Source of the DNA: an uncultured delta proteobacterium
GTDB lineage: Bacteria > Myxococcota > Myxococcia > Myxococcales > Myxococcaceae
Length of the DNA: 64,000 nt
Direction: 5' to 3'
Assembly (NCBI GenBank): GCA_963796055.1
Contig: CAWCKH010000004.1
Location: forward strand, 2,912,001-2,976,000
The translations under genes were made by a program, and so were the position numbers. Shown here in pieces: positions 18,830 through 27,300 of this stretch. Numbering within the stretch: position 1 is the stretch's first letter; the number at the start of each line of letters is the position of its first letter. The notes under the pieces were generated by a model. That model saw only the letters and a program-made list of their open reading frames with translations. It had not been told where the DNA came from and searched no databases.

Positions 18830-18910
18830 CCGGGGGGTAGCAGGGGGTAGGCGACCGGCGCGAGGCCCTCGTCCGAGAACGAGTCCCCCTGGCCGCACCG
18901 GGCCAGCGCC
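18830..18910 (-). repeat. Degenerate repeat family A, copy 3
   Basis: ccggcgcgaggccctcgtccgagaacgagtccccctggccgc. Confidence 0.75.
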
Positions 18911-19213
18911 TTGATGGCGGGGTCCCGTGCAGCGAGCGTTGAAGAGGTAGTGGCCGCCTGCGACAAGATGGGTGAGAAGAAACCCGGCAGCTGTAACTAC
19001 GTGGCGGACGACAAGGGGCTTGGCGGGTGCACGCGAAACGGCTGCTTCTACTGCCCTGCGGACGGCAGTCGGCAGTGTCACGCAACGCGAGCTGGTGGCA
19101 AGAGCGGGAAGGGTGACGTCGTCGTGAAGGTCGGGGACATCCAGTTCGCCTGCGACAAGCAGGACGAGGGCTGGTGCAGGAAGCAGGCTGCTGACGCCCA
19201 GACTGGAAGATAG
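18911..19213 (+). CDS. Cysteine-rich small protein, probably missing its N-terminus; bounded by 15-bp direct repeats
   Basis: 8 Cys in 100 aa with natural composition; agcgccttgatggcg at 18905-18919 and 19243-19257. Confidence 0.6.
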   Translation: MMAGSRAASVEEVVAACDKMGEKKPGSCNYVADDKGLGGCTRNGCFYCPADGSRQCHATRAGGKSGKGDVVVKVGDIQFACDKQDEGWCRKQAADAQTGR

Positions 19214-19604
19214 ACGGCCGAGGCTCGCGCCATTGCGGCGCGAGCGCCTTGATGGCGTTCGGGTGGAGGCGGTAAGGCCTCGACGAGCCGTGACGAGGCG
19301 TTCCCGGTGGCGAGGCTGGTCAGGAGCGCCCCTCGGTCTTGCAGTGCGCATCCGCGGAGCGTCTTAACGCCTCGCGCGCCGTGTCCTCCACGGCACCCAC
19401 CTCGGCAACGCCAGAGCTCAACTCGACGGGCTTCCCATTCTCGAACTCAGCCACCTTTCGGAACGGGTGGGCCAGGTCGCTGTTGTCGAACACCAGGACG
19501 TGAGGCAGCTCGTGGATGGCGTGGCGTAGGATTTCGAAGATCCGACCAAATCCCGCCTGCGCTCCTCAGTGCGATGTTAGGAGGTTCGGAGGGAGAGTAT
19601 CGTC

Positions 19605-20363
19605 ATGAGCTTTGACGTCGCCGCGGACGCATACGACTCCTTCATGGGTCGGTATTCGGCGTTGCTTGCGCCAGGCTTCGCCGACTTCGGTGGGGTGCGC
19701 GCGGGGCAGACGGTGCTGGATGTTGGGTGCGGTCCCGGAGCTCTAACCTCCGAGCTCGTTCGCCGGTTAGGGACGAAGGCGGTAGCGGCAGTGGACCCTT
19801 CAGAGTCGTTCGTTGTTGCCGCTCGAGCTCGGCTTCCCGGGGTAGACGTACGCAAAGGAACGGTCGAGCGACTGCCGTTTGAGCCAGCAACGTTCGATGT
19901 CACGCTGGCGCAGCTCGTCTTCCATTTCTTGGGCGATCCCATCGCGGGAGTACGCGAAATGGCGCGCGTCACCCGGAAGGATGGAATCGTCGCGGCATGT
20001 GTTTGGGACTTCGCAGGGGGACGCGCGCCGGTCTCCATCTTCTGGACCGTTGCGCGCGAGCTCGATGCAACCGTGCAGGGCGAGTCCTTGCTGCCCGGTG
20101 CTCGGCGCGAGCACCTCTCCGAGCTGTTTCGGACCGCTGGGCTGCGTGAAATTGAGTTCACGGAAATCTCACTGATCATCTCCTTCGAGAAGTTCGAGGA
20201 ATGGTGGCAGCCGTTCACTCGCGGCGTAGGCCCGGCAGGCGCGTACGCTCAACGGGTCGGCGAAGCGCGACTATCAACCATCCGGGACCGATGTCGCGCC
20301 ATCTTAGGGGAGGGGCCTTTTGCCATCAGGGCAGTCACCTGGGCAGCGCGGGGGACCGTCTGA
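19605..20363 (+). CDS. Class I SAM-dependent methyltransferase
   Basis: YDSFMGRYS, VLDVGCGPGALT, LPFEPATFD, AACVWD; GGAGAG RBS. Confidence 0.93.
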   Translation: MSFDVAADAYDSFMGRYSALLAPGFADFGGVRAGQTVLDVGCGPGALTSELVRRLGTKAVAAVDPSESFVVAARARLPGVDVRKGTVERLPFEPATFDVTLAQLVFHFLGDPIAGVREMARVTRKDGIVAACVWDFAGGRAPVSIFWTVARELDATVQGESLLPGARREHLSELFRTAGLREIEFTEISLIISFEKFEEWWQPFTRGVGPAGAYAQRVGEARLSTIRDRCRAILGEGPFAIRAVTWAARGTV

Positions 20364-20587
20364 GAACCACGAGCGTCGAGATGGTCCTGCTCCGAGCGGG
20401 AGGTTCTGACGAGCACGAGAGGCCGTCCCTTGCAAGCTGGCTCGAGGACGCCACCCCGAGTGGAAGCGCCAGCAAACGCTTGAAAGTCTCTCGCGATCCT
20501 CGCTCCGGGGAATCACCCGCCGCGCTTCCGTGCAACGGCGGCAGCTTGGGACTGCCACGTCCTCCAGACAGGACCCGCCGGTCTTCT

Positions 20588-20956
20588 TCAGAGCCCGCTG
20601 AGATTGCTGCTCCAGATCGGGCTGTGCGAGCGCCGCTCGTCGCGCGCGGTGATGAATCGGGACTTCACCAGGCCGAGGGCGACCTTTCCGATGACGTCCT
20701 TGGCCACCGTTCCCCGGTAGTGGGGGACGGCGCGTCCGAGCCGCAGCGCGTGCTCGAAGAGCACGACCGGTTCCCAGCTCGAGGTGGCTGTCTCGGGCGC
20801 TCCCTCGACCGATTCGGTGAGGGTGGCCCAGGCTACAATCGGGTGGAACGAGACGTGGCCGTCACTTCCGTCCGCGGTCTCGCAGAGGAGCAATTTCAGC
20901 CCGAGGTCTCCAGCGGTGAGTTGGCTACAAACGATCCGGCGCGCGGGCTCCGTCAC
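20588..20956 (-). CDS. Hypothetical protein (122 aa)
   Basis: GTG start overlapping the upstream TGA (GTGA at 20953-20956). Confidence 0.5.
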   Translation of the reverse strand: MTEPARRIVCSQLTAGDLGLKLLLCETADGSDGHVSFHPIVAWATLTESVEGAPETATSSWEPVVLFEHALRLGRAVPHYRGTVAKDVIGKVALGLVKSRFITARDERRSHSPIWSSNLSGL

Positions 20957-21165
20957 GCTGCGCTCTTCCAGCGGAAGGACAGGCGTGCCCCCTGTTGCAG
21001 GGTCTCGCGCTTGAAGCGAGCCAGTACAGGCGCACTGCCGAAGTCGTCGGCGACGGGCACCTGGATCACGCCATTCCGCGTCCCCTCGGGACACCCGGGC
21101 CAGGCACAGATGAGGAGCGCTTGGTCGTGGAGCGGGTGCCGCTGCCGGAGATGAGCACAATGCAC
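20953..21165 (-). CDS. Hypothetical protein with Cys/His motif (70 aa)
   Basis: VHCAHLRQRH...ICAWPGCP; translationally coupled to the downstream ORF. Confidence 0.45.
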   Translation of the reverse strand: MHCAHLRQRHPLHDQALLICAWPGCPEGTRNGVIQVPVADDFGSAPVLARFKRETLQQGARLSFRWKSAA

Positions 21166-21385
21166 CGCATCGCGCCCCCACAAGGACGCTGAAGCATCGG
21201 AACCGGACATTTGAACTCCCAGACCTCGGGTTGCCCGGCAACCGGGTCGGGAAGTCTCTTTTCGTTTAACACCTCCGACGGGACGCGGCAAACGTGGCCA
21301 GCCGAGTCGAGCCGATGCGTTCGGGGTCTTCGGCTCGCTGCGCGGCGCGACTGGCCTCACCTCGAGGGAGCCGCTGGCCGAACGT

Positions 21386-24300
21386 TCACCGGATGCGGAA
21401 CACCGCGGTGTGCGGACGGCCGTCGTCCACAAGGGGAATCGCGCTGCCCTCGATGCTGCCTCCATCGAGCGTGATGCCCGGCGCGCCGCCGCCCCGCTCG
21501 ACGCGAAGTGAATAAAGGCTTCCCCCGAAGCGGTAGTCGATGGCGTATTCACGCCACGCGGCTGGAACACAGGGGAGCAGCTGGAGCGAGTCTCCCCGCC
21601 GGGTGAATCCCAGGATGGCCTCGAGGCCCACGCGGTACATCCAGCTCGCCGAGCCGGTGTACCAGGTCCACCCCCCGCGCCCGCGCTGGCCCTCCGCGGT
21701 GTACACGTCCGCCGCCACCACGTAGGGCTCCACCTTGTACGTCGCTACTTCCGCCGCGGTCCGTGCGTGGTTCAGCGGGTTGAGCATCTGGAAGAGCTCC
21801 AGCGCCCCCTCCCCGTCGCCGGCCATCGCCCGGGCGAGCACCGCCCACACCGCGGCGTGGGTGTACTGCGCGCCGTTCTCGCGCACCCCGGGGAGGTAAC
21901 CCTTGATGTAGCCCGGATCCTGCGGCCCGTGGTCGAAGGGCGGCGCGAGCAGGCGCACCAGCCGAGCCTCTCTATCCACCAGGTGCTCCTCCAGGGAGCG
22001 CATCGCCTGCAGCCGCCGCTCGGGTCGTCCGCCGCCGCCGATGACGCTCCAGCTCTGGGCGATGGAATCGATGCGGCACTCCTCGCTGGTGCTGGACCCG
22101 AGCGGCACACCGGCGTCGTCATATGCCCGCCGGTACCAGGCGCCGTCCCAGCCGTGCTCCTCGACCGCGGCGAGGTAGCCCTCCGCGTGCTCCCGGAGCT
22201 CGGAGGCGACCGTGCCGTCGCCTCGCCCCGCGGCCTGCTCCGCGAACGACCGGAGCGTCGCCGCCAGGAACCAGGCCAGCCAGACGCTCTCTCCCCGGCC
22301 CTCCGCGCCCACCCGGTTCATCCCGTCGTTCCAGTCACCCCCGCCGATCAGCGGGATCCCGTGAACGCCCCGGGTGCTGGCCTTCCTGAGCGCGCGGAGA
22401 CAGTGCTCGTAGAGGCTCCCCACCTCGGCGGAGGTCTGTGGCAGGTCGTACGCCTCCTGCTCGCCCGGCTGGAGCGTGCGCATGGTCAGGAACGGCACCG
22501 GCTCGTCGAGCACCCCGCGGTCGCCGGTGACGTTCACGTAGTGGTCCACCGCGAAGGGCAGCCAGGCGAGATCGTCGGAGAACCGCGTGCGCACGCCCCG
22601 ACCGCTCTCCGGATGCCACCAGTGCTGCACGTCACCCTCCACGAACTGCCTGCTGGCAGCACGGAGGAGGTGGGCCCGTGCGACGTCCGGGGCGGCGTGG
22701 AGGAAGGCCATCGAATCCTGGAGCTGATCGCGAAAGCCGTAGGCCCCGCTGCTCTGGTACAGGGCCGAGCGGCCCCACATCCGGCAAGAAAGCGCCTGGT
22801 ACAGGAGCCAGCGGTTCAGCAGGGCGTCGAAGGCAGGCTCAGGCGTGTGCACCTGGACGATCGAAAGCCGCTGCTCCCAGCCGTCCACCGTCTGGTGGAT
22901 CGCCGCCGCCGCCCGCGCCGGATCGCGGAGCCCATCCACCGTCCCCCGCGCCCGCTGCGCCGACGGCGCCGCCCCGAGGAGAACCACCACCTCCCGGCTC
23001 TCTCCGGGCCCGATGGTCAGCGCGCAGTGGAGCGCCGCGCACGGGTCGAGCGCTGCACCCGTGCGACCGCTGAGGCGCCCGATGCCCGCCGGAGCCTCGA
23101 TGCTCCCATGGCGGCCGAGGAACTCGCGCCGATCGGCCGTGTGGCCCTGCACCTCGGGGGCGAGCGCACAGAACGCCACCCAGCCGGCGAACTGGGGGTC
23201 GAAGGTGTTCCGCGCGAAGAGCGTCCCCCGGGCGACGTCGAATTCGGTCCGGATCTGATGCTGGGTGTGCTCGCGCTGGCTCCCCAGCGTCCACTCGACG
23301 TAGCTGGTCACCCCGATGCGGCGCGTCCGGGGGCTGTGGTTGGTCAGGCGCAGTCGCGAGATCCGCGTCGCCGAGCCGTCGGCAAGGCCCACCGTCAGGA
23401 GGCTCTCCACGTCGGAGTGCCGGTGCTCGAAGGTGGACGCGCCGGCGTCGTGGCGGATGAGGTAGGCCGAGGCGTGACGGATGGGCGCGGGAGTCGGGGT
23501 CCACAGCTCGCCCGTCTCCTCGTCCCGGAGGTAGAGGACGTCACTCACCGGGTCCGTGACCGGGTCGTTGTGCCAGGGCGTCAACCGGTAGAAGAAGCTG
23601 CTACCGGCCCAGGTGAAGCCGGCTCCCCGTTCCGAGACGAGGAAACCTCCTTCCGGACTGGCCACCACGTTTGCCCACGGCGCCGGGGGGAGGGCCGAGC
23701 CACGAAGGCGGATCCGGTATCTCCCCTCGGCGTCCAGGCTCCCGAGCCCGTTGTCCAGAAGCAGGGGCGTGGGGGCCGGCGCATCCTCGCCCGCCGCCGC
23801 CAGGTCCACGGGCCCGGCTCGCGCGGGCGCCCGTCCGACGCTCGCCACCGGCGTTGGGACGCGCAGCCGTTCCACCAGACCGGCGAAGGTGCGCTGCAGG
23901 GGCCGGCGCGGAGGAAGCCGGAGCTCCTTCACCTCCTCGGTGGCATCGGTCAGCGATTCCAGGATCGGCCCGAGGCGACGGCCGTCGCAGGGCAGGTGCA
24001 CCCGCGCAGTGGCGCGGAGCATGCGTAGCTCGGCCGGGCCGAGGAGATCGCGGCGGCGGACGAAGACCCCGCCCGGACGGTCGACCATTCCCGCCTCGCT
24101 GGAGGAGAGAACGGTCGCCGTCACCTGGTCGCCGAGGGCCTCCAGATAGGAGGAGGCCCGGGTGTTCAGGATGACCAGGTCCACCATCATCCCGCGCCGG
24201 CGCCAGTACTGGTGCGCGGAGAGGAGCTGCCGCAGGGTGGGCAGCCCCTCCGTCGAGTCGATCGTGGCCAAGAGAATCGGCCAGTCCCCCGAGAGCCCGA

Positions 24301-27300
24301 CGGCCCAGAGCATGGGCTGGGAACCCTGGTTGGCGAGGAGCTCCGCCTCCGGCGCGCGCAGCTGGGGATCGGAGAAGAAGAGCGCGCCCGCGAGCTGCTG
24401 GAAGACGCCTGCGTCCACCGACGAGGTGTTCAGCTCGCGCAGCTCGATCTGCGCCGCCGTCCAGGCGAGATCCAGGGCACGGTGCGCCGAGCGGGGATCG
24501 CGATAGCGGTCGGCCAGCTCGAAGGCTCGCTCGGCGCTGGTGGTGACCAAGGTGGTGAAGGCCGCCGAGGCCGAGCGTCCGGGCTCCACCCGGAGGCGGC
24601 AGCGGAGCGCGAAGATGGGGTCGATCACCGCCCCCGTGCTCCCGCTCAGCTCCGCACCATGGTCGAGCGCCGCCGGAGCGCGGGTGGACCGGCCCCGCCC
24701 GAGGAACCGGCTCCGATCGGTCTCGCAGGTGATCTCACCCACGCGTTCCTCCCCGGTCGCCAGGACGTGGGTGCACCACACCCGCTGCTCGGAGGGAGCA
24801 CGGGGCCGCCGCGTTCCGGTGACCGCCGAGCACCAGGCATGCCACGCGGTCTCGACGAAGAGGCTCCCGAAGGCGGGGTGGGCGCGGTCGGCGCCGGGCG
24901 GAGCCAGGACCAGCTCGCCGTAGCTGGTGAGCTCGATCTCGCAGGGAGCGCCGCCGTTGTTGGTGACGGTCACCCGCCGCACCTCCGCCGCATCGTCGGG
25001 GACGGTGGTGATCTCGGTCCGGGTCTCGATCGGGCCGTCGGTCCGGTGGAAGACGGCCCGGTCGGTGGCCAGGGAGACGTGGTAGGTGTCGGCCCGCGCG
25101 CAGACGGGCTGGTGGGCGGTGGACCAGATGCGCCCACGCGTCACGTCCTTCACGTAGCAGTGCTGCCCCGTGGAATCGGCGGTCCCATCGGCGCGCCAGC
25201 GGGTGACGGCGAGGTCCTCGTACCGGCTGTAACCCGAGCCGCCGTTGGTGAGCATCACCGTGTACGGGAGCCGCCCCAGCAGCGCCACCCGGGGCTGCGG
25301 GGTGAACGGGGTGTCGAGCTCTCGCACCGCCGGCGCCTCCAGCTCGGGGTTGGGGAGCGAGGCCTCGGGGCGCGCGGTCTGCGGCTCCTGGAGCATGAGC
25401 CGGCGCGGGATGCGCTCGTAGAGCAGGAGCTCCGCAGCGCGCACCAGCGGATCGGCGTGGAAGCGGCGCTGCCAGATCAGGCCGCTCAGGGCGTTGGTGA
25501 GCGCACCGAGGCCCATGCCGAGGTGGTGGGCCATGAAGGTCTCCACCACCGAGCAGGCCTTCCCCGGTTCCGGCCGGGTGTAGTCCAGGGCGTCCCGGAG
25601 GCCGTATGGCCCGAGCGCGCCCCTGCGTTCCAGCGAACGCAAGTTCGCCAGCGCGCGTTTCGGATCGACCATCGCCGCCAGCGCCGAGGCGTAAGGGGCG
25701 ATGACCAGATCGCTGTCCAGGCCCCGCTTGAGCGCCAGGTCGGGCACCCCGAAGGCCCGGTACTGGTACGTCCCGAAGCGATCGCGGACGTTGTAGGCGC
25801 TCTCGCTGATCCCCCAGGGCACCGCGTGGCCCGCTGCGTAGGTCATCTGACGCCGGACCGCTCCCCGGTAGGTCTGGTCGAGGAGCGTTTCGGGGAACGA
25901 GCGCATCAAGAGAAGCGGCATCAGGTACTCAAACATCGTCCCGCTCCAGGACATCAGGGCGGTCTCTCCGGCGACACGCGACAGCTCGCGTCCGAGATGG
26001 AACCAGTGGTCGACCGGGACGTCGTCCTTGGCGATGGCCACGTAGCTGGCCAGCCGCGCCTCGGAGGCCAGGAGGTCGTAGTACGACGGGTCCAGGGTGT
26101 GACTGGTCAGCTGGTATCCGATGGAGAAGAGCGCGCGCTGCCGGTCGTAGAGGAAGCTGAAGTCCATCGCGCTCGCGTGGCGGCTGGCGGTGGCAGCCAG
26201 CGCCTCGAGGCGAGCGATCAGCTCCGCGGCCCGTGGCGTGCTGGACGAGAGCTCGCGAAGCGTCGGGAAGATGCGGGTCGCTTCGCCCAGCCGGCCGACG
26301 CCCGCCCGCGTCTCGAGCCCTTCCACCCGGCGGCGCTGCTCGCCGACAAGCCGGCGCGTCCAGGCCGTCCACTCCCTCGCCTCACCCAGCGGCACGCGCC
26401 GCTCGGCCACCCCTGCAATCGCTTGCTCCAGCTCGTCCAGCCGTGCGAGGACGACATCGAGCCCGGCCGCGACATGACTCACCCGCTCCGCCGCCGCCAG
26501 GGCCGAGCGAGCCTGGCGGAGCTTCGGCTCGATCCTGGCGCTGGCGGTCGTTCCAACCATGCCCAGGGCGGTCTCGGCGGCCCGCCACGCGCGGCGATCG
26601 AAGACCGGCTCGTCGGGGATGGCCAGACAAGCCTGGCGCACGGCGATGAGCAGACCGGCCAGGTTGCCGCTGTCGACCGTCGAGACGTACGCCGGGGTGA
26701 GCTCCCGGAGATCGCGGAGATCGTACCAGTTGTAGAAGTGGCCCCGAAACCGGGGCAGGCGCTCGAGCGTGGCGAAGACCCGCTCGAGCTGGGAGATCAT
26801 CTCCTCGAGCGGAAGAAAGCCCAGGTCATGGGCGCTGGTGACCGCCAGGAGCTGCAGGCCGATGTTGGTGGGCGAGGTGCGCATCGCCACCACCGGCCAC
26901 GGGCCTTCCTGGACGTTGTCGGGCGCCAGCCAGTGCGTCTCGGCGGTGACGAAGCGCTCGAAGAACCTCCAGTGCAGGAGTGCGTACCGGAGCGCATCGG
27001 CCCTCAGCGCGGGGGCGAGCCTGCGCTCGCGACGCCTCGGAGACTGGTCGAGCCAGTGGGCGACCTGGGGCGCGCAGATCCACGCCCCGGTGAGCACGCT
27101 GCACGCCAGGATCCAGGCCCAGCGCTGTGGGCCAGTCTCTCCCACCTGCCCGAAGGGGTGACGGAGGAGCAAGGCGAGGAAGAGCCCTGCCGAGAGGAGC
27201 ACCGAGGGCCACATGGCCCGCCAGACGGCGCGCGCCGAGCCCGAGCGAAAGCGCTCGGACTGAAACGCGGTTTGCCATTCGAGCAGGTGCCGCCGGGAGA

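Noticed and set aside
16700..19300. CRISPR array or integron attC array
   Set aside because: Repeats are few, degenerate and irregularly spaced; no clear RYYYAAC...GTTRRRY pairing or integrase
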